Shown here piece after piece: positions 1 through 17,500 of a stretch of 64,000 nucleotides of DNA. Positions within the stretch are counted from its first letter, which is position 1. Each line of letters opens with the position of its first letter. The notes beneath the pieces were generated by a model, which was not told the origin of the DNA, ran no database searches, and saw nothing but the letters and a program-made list of their open reading frames with translations. Position numbers and translations under genes: made by a program. The stretch is taken from assembly GCA_030248215.1 (NCBI GenBank), contig JASANG010003810.1, forward strand, positions 1 to 64,000, given 5' to 3'. The DNA is from Enoplolaimus lenunculus. Lineage: Eukaryota.

Positions 1-1210
1 CTTTTTCCTTCAAAGACAGCAATTGAGAATTTTTTCCTTAAAGATAGCAATCTGAAACTTTTTCCTTTAAAGACAGCAATTGAGAATTTTTTCCTTAAAG
101 ATAGCAATCTGAAACTTTTTCCTTTAAAGACAGCAATTGAGAATTTTTTCCTTAAAGATAGCAATTTGAAACTTTTTCCTTTAAAGACAGCAATTGAGAA
201 TTTTTCCTTGAAGATAGCAATTTGAAACTTTTTCCTTTAAAGACAGCAATTGAGAATTTTTCCTTGAAGATAGCAATTTGAAACTTTTTCCTTTAAAGAC
301 AGCAATTGAGAATTTTTTCGTTAAAGATAGCATATTGAAACTTTTTCCTTTAAAGACAACAGTTGAGAATTTTTCCTTGAAGATAGCAATTTGAAACTTT
401 TTCCTTTAAAGACAGCAATTGAGAATTTTTTCTTTAGAGATAGCAATTTGAAACTTTTTCCTTTAAAGACAGCAATTGAGAATTTTTTCGTTAAAGATAG
501 CATATTGAAACTGTTTCCTTTAAAGACAGCAATTGAGAATTTTTTCCTTAATAAAGATAGCAATTTGAAACTGTTTCCTTTAAAGAAAGCAATTGAGAAT
601 TTTTTCTTTAGAGATAGCAATTTGAAACTTTTTCTTTTAAAGAGAGCAGTTTCACATTTTCCGTTTAAACACAGCAATTGAGAATTTTCCCCTTAAAACA
701 GCAATTGAAAAATTTTCCTTTAAAAACAGAAATAGAAATTTTCTATTAAATTAGTACAGTTCTTGAACTTGACGGATATTTTGGCAATCGTGAATAATCG
801 GTTAAGAACTCTAACCAAAAATTATAGCTGAAACATTTAAACTGTTTCCTTAAACGATAGCAATTGAAAATTTTCCCTTTAAACAAAGCAATTGAAAATT
901 TTCTCGTTGAAGACCAGCAATTGAAAGTTTTTTTAAGACAGCAATTGAAAATTTCCCCTTGAAGACAACAACGGAAAATTTTTCCTTTAAAGACAGCAAT
1001 TGAGAATTGGTCCCTTAAAGACAGCAATTGAAGAATATTCTTTTAAAGACAGCAATTGAAATATTTTGGTTTAAATTAGTACAGTTTTTGAACTTCACGG
1101 ATATTTTGGCAATCGTGAATAATCGGTTAAGAACACTGCCGAAAAGTTATTGCTGAAAAATTTAATTTAAACCGTTTCTTTTAACGACAGCAATTGAAAA
1201 TTTTTCAATT
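1..1210. repeat. Tandem satellite: 57-bp unit made of 29+28-bp related subunits, degenerating towards ~1210
   Basis: CTTTTTCCTTTAAAGACAGCAATTGAGAA-TTTTTTCCTTAAAGATAGCAATTTGAAA restarts at 1, 58, 115, etc. The array runs off the left window edge. Confidence 0.95.
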
Positions 1211-1416
1211 AAACTTAAAACATTTTTGGACTGCACGCCTATTTTTGCAATTTTGTAATCTCAATTAAGAACACAGACCCAAAGCCGAAGCTGAAAATTC
1301 ATATAAAATATATGTTTTACCTCATAGCAAAAAGTTCGAATAGTTGGGCTCGTGTTGAAGGGATAAAACACCATAAATCTTGTAGAAACTATTGCGCTTT
1401 GCTTATTAACCCCATA

Positions 1417-1648
1417 TACTGTAAATTCCAGCGAGTCAATTAATCAACTCAGACGGAAAGTTAGAGTTTTTTTCTGAATTAACAACAGTAAACTTTAACT
1501 CACTCTGAGTTGAGTTGATGCCGGAGGAGTTCATTAATTAAATCAGAATCAGTTAATTGACTCAGAATAATGAGTTCTGATAGTTCTAACTCAGACTGAG
1601 TGATTCAACTCATTTTAAATTGAAATCAACTCATTGGAATTTATAGTG
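1417..1648. mobile_element. MITE family A (CACTGTAAATT termini, TA TSD; CMC/EnSpm-like)
   Basis: ta-TACTGTAAATTCC...GGAATTTATAGTG-ta, with many internal AACTCA/TGAGTT motifs shared with the other copies. Confidence 0.85.
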
Positions 1649-1810
1649 TACCCCTTCTATTTTGCTGTGTCGGCCCAGGTTTTCATAGCATTTTGAGCTG
1701 GCAACGAGCCTTATCAGCTGTCTTTTAGTGTCAGTTGTTTTAATTTTCCAATTTTTCCATTTCTAAGATTGTACGCTTGTGTTGTAAAATACCTGTTTGT
1801 GCCATTTCAG

Positions 1811-7311
<5,501 letters not shown>

Positions 7312-7424
7312 AACTACTGCAATTTCACTGAAGAAATTAACGGAAAAAAACTTGCTATGAGAACATTTTAGTTGCAACGGCCAATCGGCTTCGAGCGAGG
7401 GTTTGTTAGGTTCCACAAGTATAC

Positions 7425-7986
7425 TTGCGGGACGAACGTTATACTTGGGGCAGCCCGGAACTTGTTTTGTCCCCATGTTGATCCGACATCAACGCAAAAA
7501 GCGGCGTTTATAGAAAAAAATGAACGTCCATATGACAATAGCTTGAAAGCTACTGCTTTCAAGTCATGACGATATACAAGTGACCATATAATTATATAAT
7601 TCTAAGGAACATTTATGACAATATCATATGATACTCCAAAATTCTGGTGAAAATGCCGAACAATGTAAACACTTGCGCACTAATAAAATGGTAAGAAAGC
7701 AGAAAATGTTGTAGTAAGTGATTTCAAACACCAGATTTGCTTCTAAAAGTTTGAGTTTCTACAGAAATTTAACAGGAAATACAGTAACTTTCAAAGTTAA
7801 CACATGTAATGAACACTATGTATCGTTGCGGATAATTGTGTCTATAAACTCAAATCTTCAGAATTGGATAGGGGCACGTTTATCTCGCTAATAGCGAGAT
7901 AAACGTGCAGACGACATATTAAACGCTATAAAATAGGGACAAAGCATGTTCCAAGCTGCTCCGTAGTTATAACGTGAACCACGCAA
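7425..7986. mobile_element. MITE family G (TGCGGGGTTCACGTTATAA terminal inverted repeats); other copies at ~10366-10625, 25116-25393 and 28014-28531
   Basis: ATGCGGGGTTCACGTTATAA...TTATAACGTGAACCCGCAT is clearest at 28014-28531. Shared internal ATATCATATGATATT motifs. TSD not resolved. Confidence 0.75.
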
Positions 7987-8417
7987 GTGGAGTATAAAGG
8001 TACTTCCAGTCGACGGGGCGGGGCGCTGAAAAAACTGTGACAATTTTTGTTCTTAAGAATGAAATTCATTAGATTGAGTCGCTGATATTTATTGAATGCT
8101 GTGTGTACTTGTCAGGTGCGTGGCATATCTGAGCCTTTCTGAAGGTGCATTGACCTACGCTACCGACTATCAGTACACAATTACATATGACGTCACCGGA
8201 GCACACGTCTACATGATCAATGCTGATTGGCAGAACGGTGTTAAAAAATTATTCAAAACATTCAAAGGTTTCTTGCTATTAAGAATATTTTTGGGTCATT
8301 CAAAGGTTTTACCCGCAATTTGAAATTGTCGGACAGAGAAAACGTTACCTGTATTCGCTTTCTAACGTAAAATTCTTTGGTTAAAGTTTTCGACCACCTG
8401 TGTATATATCCGTACTA

Positions 8418-8668
8418 CACTGTAAAGTTCAATAAGTTGATTAATTAACTCAGAGTGAGAATTAGTTATTTCTGGCTATTTCTGAGTTAATAACAGCAAA
8501 TAATAATTCAGTCTCAGCTGATTTAATTCTGGGTGAATTGATTAATTAACTCATAATGAGTTCAGTCAATTCAAAATGGTGAGTTCGGAAAGACCTAATT
8601 CAGAGCTCAGGCTTCTGAATGGATTCAACTCACTCTGAGTTAAAATCAACTCGCTGGAATTTACAGTG
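8418..8668. mobile_element. MITE family A
   Basis: ta-CACTGTAAA...AATTTACAGTG-ta. Confidence 0.9.
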
Positions 8669-8766
8669 TACGGGTAAATGTGCCACTGTCTTACGACTCA
8701 ATATTTGCAGGGCCCGATTCAAAGGCAGAAAAACCTATTTCAGCGGCGGTGGTTATTCCTATCTAT

Positions 8767-9127
8767 GCCCCATGTAAAGATCAGGGGCGGAAAATTTTTC
8801 TGTGGGACTACACTGTAAATGTCAGTGAGTTGATTTTGACTCAGAATGAGTTGAATAATTCAATTCATTCTGAGTTAAGTATCGACTCCCACAGAGTCAA
8901 CTCAACTCAGAGTGAGAATCAAAACCAACTCGCTTGGTGAATTGATTAATCAATACATTGGAATCTACAGTGTAGGATACAGTATTAGCTTAAGCTTTAG
9001 ACTATTTTTTGCTTGGCTTTGGCTAAGGAATATGTGCACTCTTACGCTTAGGTTTAGATTTAGGCTTAGGCTTTAGGCTTAGGAATATGCTTATAATACT
9101 GTTCCGCCCCTGTTCTTTAGATTGGAC
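8767..9127. mobile_element. MITE family D (GG-ended, 8-bp TSD, TTAGGC arrays), interrupted by a family A MITE at 8811-8972
   Basis: TSD ctatctat at 8759-8766 and 9128-9135. TIR ATGTAAAGA.CAGGGGCGGAA. The nested CACTG...CAGTG element has a TA TSD. Confidence 0.9.
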
Positions 9128-9297
9128 CTATCTATTATTTACCAACTTCTTCAATAATGACCACTGATGACAGATGAGCTAATTTTGTGATGTGAAGTTT
9201 ATTATAAACAGTTTTAAAGTCTTTCCTATTTTATTGATTTGAAACTGTGTAATAAAATGCAATTTGAACAATGGCATACTACCTTGCAATACAGATA

Positions 9298-9634
9298 CAG
9301 GGTACAACCGGAGGTGAAAAATACCGGAGCCGGAGGTCAACGAAACTAGCCCAAGCCGGAGCCGGAGGTGAGGCGAAATTATAGGTAATGAAGATGGTAT
9401 AATTAGTTAGTTTTAGCCAATATCTGCAATATGTTGTTAATTTGTTTGGTTATACGCTAATTTTCTTCGAAATTTCTTACATTCTTTCCTGAAAATTGTG
9501 ACAAAAGTTAAACGAAACGCACTAACAGATAAATTTTGCAAAATTATATGCAAGTTTACTGCCGAAATTGCCGAAACCTTCGGCAAAAGTTCTACCGGAG
9601 CCGGAGCCGGAGGCAGACCTCCGATTGTACCCTG
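9298..9634. mobile_element. hAT-like MITE family F (CAGGGT(A/G)CAACCGG termini)
   Basis: CAGGGTACAACCGG...CCGATTGTACCCTG with internal CCGGAG repeats. Other copies show 8-bp TSDs. Confidence 0.85.
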
Positions 9635-9856
9635 CAAACTACCTTCCAATGAAGACAAGGGTGAGTCTGGATTTCATTTTGAGAAGGTTTGTAAGCGTTT
9701 TCTTGTTCCAAGAAATTCGCAAAGAAATATGTCCCGTGTCCCTCTCCTTGTATACGCCTCTAGATATAATCGAGAAGTGGGCAAGGATATTTTAACCCAG
9801 CCGCGCTTTACCCACGCAAACACAAATTTTTTACCCGGGGATATAACCGCACACAT

Positions 9857-10166
9857 ACCCACCTTTTACCCGTACCCGAAGTCAAACCAGTATTTTAAAA
9901 ATCGCTGGTGATTCGCGCTTTAATGAAGTTTTGCGATATAGCTTCAATGAGTTTTACAAACGAAATTTTACTGGAAACAACAAAATTTCCCACCCAGCTA
10001 AATTAAAGCACGGACTGCACCTGACCAGACATAAATTTTGTTGTTTTCTACTAAGCTTTTAGGTGTAAAATCCATTGGAGCTCTACACGCAAAAGTTCAT
10101 TAGAGTTCAAATCACCAGCGATCTATAAAATACTGGTGTAGCTTTAGGCGCGGGTAAAAGTTGGGT
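9857..10166. repeat. Imperfect foldback element (~130-bp inverted arms)
   Basis: ACCCACCTTTTACCCG..CCAGTATTTTA..ATCGCTGGTGATT is mirrored by AATCACCAGCGAT..TAAAATACTGG..CGGGTAAAAGTTGGGT. Confidence 0.75.
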
Positions 10167-10204
10167 CGTGGGTAGACCTTTGTAGCGTAGATAAACCGGA
10201 AAAA

Positions 10205-10365
10205 TGGCCAATGTTACTTTTCATGCTACTTTTAGGGGCGTACTGTAGATAAGCGTATTCCTAATCATCAGCCTAAGCCAAAGCGTTGCAAAATGTGTTC
10301 CTAAGCGTAAGCCTAAGCCTAAGCCGAAAGCCGAGGCCTAAGCAAAAAATATAATCTAGAATCCA
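10205..10365. mobile_element. MITE subfamily D2 (GGCCAATGTTACTTT terminus, GCCTAA repeats), truncated at a family G copy
   Basis: Matches 29508-29661 and 61511-61692. Confidence 0.7.
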
Positions 10366-11534
10366 ATGCGGGATCACGTTATAACCGGGGCAGGTGGATC
10401 ACGGTTTTCAAATGTTGATTCGACGTCAACGTTAAAATTCGGACTCTAATATCGGGTCAACTGATAAAACTCGAATGTCATATGACATAGCTTAATACAA
10501 ACCGTCGCTCTCAAATGTTCTACGTGTACAAGAATCTGTATGTCACGTGATACTGTGAGAGTTTTATGCGAATATCATATGATATACAAAATTTTAGCGA
10601 TAATCATATGATATTCAGAGGGACAGTGTAATCAGGGTACTAATAAATAAATAAAAAGTCGGATGGCAGAGGTGCATATGTGCTTTAAATATCAAATACG
10701 CGCCAGAAATTGTTTCCAACGCAATATTCCTTAGAATTACAGATTCTGCTGGCTCATGCTTCGCAACCGGAGAGGTATTAACAATAAAAAATTTTAGATT
10801 TCAAACTCCCGTTGCCGGTCCCGATATGCTATTTAAAAATATCTCTCTCAATATGATATTTCAGTTCGAATTATTCTTCAAAGTGTACCCCTGACTTTAT
10901 ACTCTCAGAATATCTAAAGTTAATACTTAGCTAGTTTGTCCTATAAGAAATAAAGGATGAAATCTTAGTTGACAAAAGCATATTTAAAATGTAACATAGT
11001 GCACATCTACAATTTTCCATGTCGGCACCCAAGCAAAATTGTTTCTACGTTTATGTTTTGCTGAAATTATTGAGCAAGATCGATCGGGATGTCAGAGCTT
11101 TTACTAAACAGCTGCAAAAGCAGCCGTAGCCGTATGAGGTAGTTTGGAACTAGCGGCCTTAGAATTCTGAGCAAATGTGCTACCATTGTGCCTCGCAGCC
11201 TGCCTCTGTAATTACTTTTATTGTCGATTATTTCTCGACATGTCTTCTGCCAGATAGCATAACACGTATGGTGCATTACATGTATTCCATATGCAATAGG
11301 ACAACTGTGTCTCATCCTTACATAATACATATATAATAACTCCGGAGTTGATATTTCTGTTTACATCGCCACCTCTTTAATCCTGCAATTGACATTAAAC
11401 TTGCCGCCTATTTAGAACTAACGTTAAAGTTAAAGTGTAAATGAGTGTTATTTGTCATTTGAATCTTATGTAATTTTAGACACATGTTTAAGTGTGCACA
11501 CGGCTTAATACTATTTGCTTGATGTACGCAAGCG

Positions 11535-14500
11535 ATGGATTTCAACAATGAATATTTTCCGCTTTCGCACCTATTACCCAAAAAAGAAGTCGGAGTTGTG
11601 GAGTTTTTGCAAAAATTTCCTGACTACGATGGCAGGGGCGTTGTTATCGCTGTTTTAGACACGGGTGTGGACCCTTTAGCTGCTGGATTACAGGTATTTA
11701 TAGTTATGCAGATTAAATAAACAGTTTTAGTGTATATATTGAGTGCAAGCTGAATCTGAATTATAAATAAACAATGTCTTGAAGATTTGGAAATTGATGG
11801 CATACGGGCCCACAACGGTGAATATCCGGTATCCGGTATGTTTATTCCGAATGTCCGAATGCCGGGACCGGATATGACGGATATCGGTTTTTACTGGATA
11901 CTAAACTGAACGGATATACAGTCGCACCCTAGTATATATACGATTACTTTTTACATGATTTTTTCTAGGTCACAACAACTGGTGCTCCGAAAGTAGTAGA
12001 TATTATAAATTGCTCCGGTTCAGGCGACATAAAAACGGCAACAGTTCGCAAAGCGGAAAACGGTATCCTCCTAGGATTGTCCGGTCGAAAGTTAAAGGTA
12101 AACAAAGTTTATCTATTACATAGATTGAAAATGTGCTGTACATTGTATGATGGGTGTTTTATATTTCATATTCGAAATGTATTTCAAATTTATGATAACT
12201 CAACCTTGGTAACCTTTGTAGCACTAGTCAGAATTAAATCTTATTCCAACTATTACGTGTACAGATTGTCTATGTTATCATTTTATTGATAAACCAGATT
12301 CCTCCCGAATGGAACAATCCCTCTGGCAAATATCATCTCGGGATCAAGGACATTTACGATTTGTTTCCAAAACAGCTACGCGATCGTGTAAAAGTACGTT
12401 TGTTGACGCGTCGTTTTTATTTGTGACCATTTAAGGTTTAATAAAATCTGCAACGATGTTTTAGTTGAAGTTTTGTTAATATTACGTGTACCTAACTAAT
12501 AGTTGTGGGTGATTTTGTCGTATGTTTGGATATTTTTAAAACTTGGGGAAACAAATTTGCACTGTTTGTCAAAAGGTATCACCCATAAGCTCAAAACATT
12601 TGTGTTGGCACCTATATTGAGGCAATAATGGGTTTAGGATTTAAAATTCGCAATAGTTGGTTTTAACCCGAAAGATGTCTCATGTTTTGATTCCAGAAAG
12701 AGAAGAAAGAAAAAGTGTGGGACGTCCATCACCGATTAGCGGTAGCCGATGCATCTCGCTTGCTGGAACAATTTGAAAAAAGTTACGGGTGTTCTCTTAA
12801 AGTGGTAAGGAAACGTGGTTTGGAGTGTTTATTTTGCTGTAAAGAAATTCCTTAGTAACCGTTAGGGTTGATTAAATATATTTTTATAAGTCATAAAAGA
12901 TTGTCTACAAATACCATTTTAAAGGTTAGTCACACGTTTATTGAATGTTTTAGGGCCAACGCTGGGAAAAAGATGACCTAGAAGCCAGATTAGAAGTATT
13001 GAATTCTGTGGAGAAAAAATACAACGACGTAGGGCCTTCAATGGATTGCATTGTGTTTCATGATGGAAAATCGTGGCGGTGAGTACTCAAAACTGAGTAT
13101 TAAATTAACCTTACTTAAAAATAGTGCTAGTTTCAGCAGTTTCCAGAATTATACAACACAAATGTTTATGATTGCTTTCTAAATACATTCTGAATGACGC
13201 AGAGCTTAAAATTTTGACCAGAAATCATATAGCAGAAAAGGGTGTATTTGCGAAGATAAGTATATTTTTATGTGTTTATCTCAAAACAGGCGTCAATATA
13301 GCTATTCTTTCAATTTTCAGTTGTAATTTCATTTTTTTGCAATCAATTGAACTTTTTTGCGATTAGAAACTTGTTTAAATTTAATCTAGTTCTCATTTAT
13401 TACATTTAGTCTGATATTGGTTTTTAAACCTCTAACATTCCGCTTACAGGGCTTGTATTGATACGTCGCTGTGCGGAAAGCTCGCTCGTTGTAAACTGAT
13501 GACGTCCTATCGTGATAAATACGATTGCGACAGATTTTCGGACAATGGTAAACCTTTTCAATATTGCTTTCTCTGTTCCTGTGTTTGTTTGTATTTAGAT
13601 GATTACTAGAATGAATTATCAAAAAACATTTTTTAAAACGCTGTTTTCGCAGATCGCTAGCCGAAATTGATAGGTTTTTAGTTAAAAGAACGGTGTGTTG
13701 CTTTGGGTAACAAAATGAACAACACAGCTGAAGCTTAACCTCGGATGGTGCGTAGAATATCTAAAAGCTTTACTCATTTGGATGAAAGTTAAATTACACT
13801 AATATGTGATTCGTGTTTCGCACAGGTGAAAATACCGGTATTATTTTAAAGTTGTTGGGTTTTTCGTTGTTTGTTTCAGACCTTCTGACGTATTCGGTCA
13901 ATATTTATAATAACGGAAATTTGCTGGAAATCGCAACAACTTGTCGTAAGTTGCGGTTATTTGTGTTGCGGATATATTATAACAAGAGCAAACATTTGCT
14001 CGGGAAATATTTTTTGGAATTGTAAGCTTTTAACTACGCAGATTGCATAGATTTTGAGTCACTTTAGAAAAGTCTAGAAAATATTGTGTATCGAAAAAAT
14101 ACAACTGTCAATATATTGCAACACTGTTGTATCCCGATGTGCTTACGGCTGTTTTGCAGATGTTATGTATAAGTCTCGTCGAAATTTTAATATGTGATAT
14201 GCAAGTTATCGTGGATGATACATTAAAAAATAGGTTATAGCATGCGTTTGCTTCAGTTTCACACGGAACTCACGTCGCAAGCATTGCGGCCGCGAATTTT
14301 CCCGACGAACCGGATAAGAACGGTATCAGCCCAGGTGCGCAAATTGTTTCGCTGCAAATTGGTGATTCAAGGCTGCATACCATGGAAACTGCGACGTCTG
14401 TCATTAGAGCAGTAAGTTGGCTGACTGACAACCAAGATTTTATTGGAATTTAGATTTTTGCCCAAAGTGTGTTCATAAATAGGGGTTCTGTACCGTTCTT

Positions 14501-17500
14501 GCAAATTTAATTCCTATTTGAACCCTGCTAATTCTCATTCGTAGTAATGGTATTTCCTAGCTACTAAATGTCCATGAAATTAAATGGTATGCATGGCTCT
14601 AATTTAGTGACACCGTAACAATGTTAAATCATAATGTATAAAATTGTAGCAAGAGATGATAAAAATCACATGCCTACACATGTGCAAAACATAGCGTTGA
14701 GTCTTATAATATTTGAATACATTTTTAAGTGTTTCAGATTAACAAAGCCATTGAACTCAAAGTCGATGTGATAAATTTCAGCTACGGCGAAGCGGCGCAT
14801 CTGCCAAATTCGGGCAAAATTGTGAAAACTATTGAAGACGCAGTTTACAAGCATGGCATAATTTTTGTGGCGTCTGCCGGAAATAACGGCCCGTGTTTGT
14901 CTACGGTTGGATGCCCTGGTGGCACAACGTCTGCGTGTATTGGTAAGAAATGATATTTTGGGTTCAGTAATGGAGCAAAGTGCCGTTTATTAGCCGTTAA
15001 GTTATTGTACCAGTGTTTCGATATTATTCTAATCCAATTTATAGTACGAGCGAAATATAATATTACACGTAATGTGCTTTCAATTTTCATGTAGTTTAAT
15101 GCCTCGATATGTGCTTGAACGGGTTAATATTCTACCTGGTGGTAGTATTTTATATGGAACAGTGTTAAAACGTGTGGACGTTATCCCAATTTTCAAAGAG
15201 CCGAATGGTTAGGTTTTAACTGAATAATGATTGCTATTTTGATTTCAGTGAATTTGTTTGAAGATTATTTGAATTTTGCTCTGTGTCGTCGATGCCGTTG
15301 TTGAGGTTATTAAATGTTTTTAGCTTTCTTTAGTTGGGGAAATTTTTTGTATGAAAAGGTAAGCGAAATTTGGCTTTGTTTCAGGTGTTGGAGCATATCT
15401 TTCACCAGATATGTCTTCAGTGGTGTATTCGCTGCGAGAAAAGATTCCTGGAATGCTGTTTCCCTGGTCTGCGCGAGGGCCGACGTAAGTAAAACCTCTA
15501 TAAAATTTTTTATAGAAAGCAACATGCGTTTCTATGATTAGCTATTTGGCTGTAAGAGCAGGACATTGCAGTATTAGGCCAATGATGTTAACGTTGTGTA
15601 TTGACACATAAAATCTGGTACAATTCAAGACATAGCTTCACAGTGTTGACAAATTTTGAAAATTTTACAAGAATTATTCTTTATTCTCGTTGTTGTAATG
15701 TTTCGTTTCATATTTGGACAGGAGTGTATTTTATAGTAGCGTATGCATTAGTTAGTGAATTCCTGCATGAGCCGTTACCAACTTATCCAAATCCGGAACC
15801 AAACTCCGGGGCATGTCTACTATAGACGAAGTATAGGTAGCATAATTGGTTTCAGCGTGGACGGAGCTCTCGGTGTGAGTATTAGCGCAACGGGCGGTGC
15901 AATAACAAGCGTTCCTAATTGGACTTTGAAAAGTTCTCAACTCCAAAACGGGACATCAATGAGTTCGCCGACTGCCTGCGGAGCAGTAGGTTAGTAGTTG
16001 GTTAGTGTGAACCTATGCGTAGAGTATGTTTTTGTTAGCTTTTTAACTGCGGCATTAATCGATAGCTATTTTGAGTTGTAATTAGATATAGAAATGAAAG
16101 TTTGACTCTGCAAAGTTGTACTTAGGCCACAAATCGGGCCCGTTGGACCGTCCCAATAATTTTTATATTGACTAAGTGATTTCTAATATCTTACTGTGTT
16201 CGACGAATGCTATAAGCTTGCGGATTTTTAGCGTTTTTGCCTTATTTGTTGGTATTATCGTATTGCCAAAAAACTTGGTTACAACATACAGCTCAGAAAT
16301 TATATCTGAACGGTACTACAGTTGGGAGTGGTTTTGCGTGAATAAGTTTTATCTGGCTTTGATGGGACTTCTGTTTGAGAAGTTTGTTGTTTCAATATAT
16401 TTAGTATTTTCTAGACAGCATTTGTTCAGAATTGTGTCCATTTTTTATTTTAGCATGTCTTTTGTCGGCATTGAAAGCTGATAGTATATCGCACTCAGTA
16501 CACACGGTGCGCCGGGCATTGGAAAATACTGCCAAACGTGCGAACAAAGAAGACGTATTTTCTATTGGACATGGACTGATTCAGGTACTGTTTGTGTTCT
16601 GAAATTTGATTGTTTTAAAAGTGTTCTAATAACGGAAGTTTGAACTAGTGCTATAGTAATTCTGCCGGACTTTATACGAGTTTGGCTTGAAAACACAACT
16701 TGGGATTCAGATGTACAATTTAAGGCTTAGGGATTCGAGCCACTGCTTCGTTCCAGGATCCGCCGCTTTCGTAGTGCGGTTGTTTCGATAAGACAGTATA
16801 TTGAAATACTGGTATTTTGCTACTGGCCTGAAACTCGAAGTATATAATTTCCTCCGTAAAAATTACCAACCCCGATCAAGATTTCCCATGTAACAGGCTC
16901 ACCCTCACCCCTGGTTATAGCCTTCGCTCTGTCGGGACTCAGCGAGTGCCTAGAAATTGAAATAGCTTTTTCACTTGCAAAACTATTCTTATACGGCTTA
17001 AAAACAACTCGTAAATTTTTAAATTTCGATTAAACGCATCATTGGAATGCATAGTGATTTTAACTTAAGTGTCGTGTATCATAATGTTTCTATTTAAGCG
17101 CGTAAAGTTATATCTCAGCTCATGTCCTGTTGCTATTTGAGGGATTATACGAATTATGCCGTGCTTGGAAGTTTGGATACAGATGGTTGGATGTTTGCTG
17201 GCTTCTTTATTAGTTAGCTAGTTCTTTTGTTTGTGTTTTTCTGGTTGTTTGCGTCGTAGCTTATTTGACTGTTTTATGTTAGTTTGTTTGTTTGCTTGTT
17301 TGTTTTTAGATACAAGACGCTTATCAGTACATGAAGCAGTATCACGAACAACTAGACAGACACGTCAGATATGACGTAACTGTTGATACTAAATACCGTG
17401 GAGTGTATTTGCGGGAACTGTCACAGTTGCAAAGGCCTCGCGAGATTTTGGTATCGGTTGAGCCTTTGTTTGATGAATGTGGTAGGCTTAGATTTTGTCC

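Noticed and set aside
1..1210. CRISPR-like array, or coding ORFs 321-677 / 391-681
   Set aside because: Units are contiguous with no unique spacers, there are no cas genes and the context is eukaryotic. The ORFs are translations of the satellite.
1777..1810. Start of the 1088-aa ORF as a real start codon
   Set aside because: The start is non-ATG and lies just upstream of a TTTCAG acceptor, so the ORF is an internal exon.
9437..9911. Short ORFs with PEPEPE/GAGAGG (also 34072, 34624, 56634)
   Set aside because: They derive from CCGGAG repeats of family F MITEs and have no transposase motifs.
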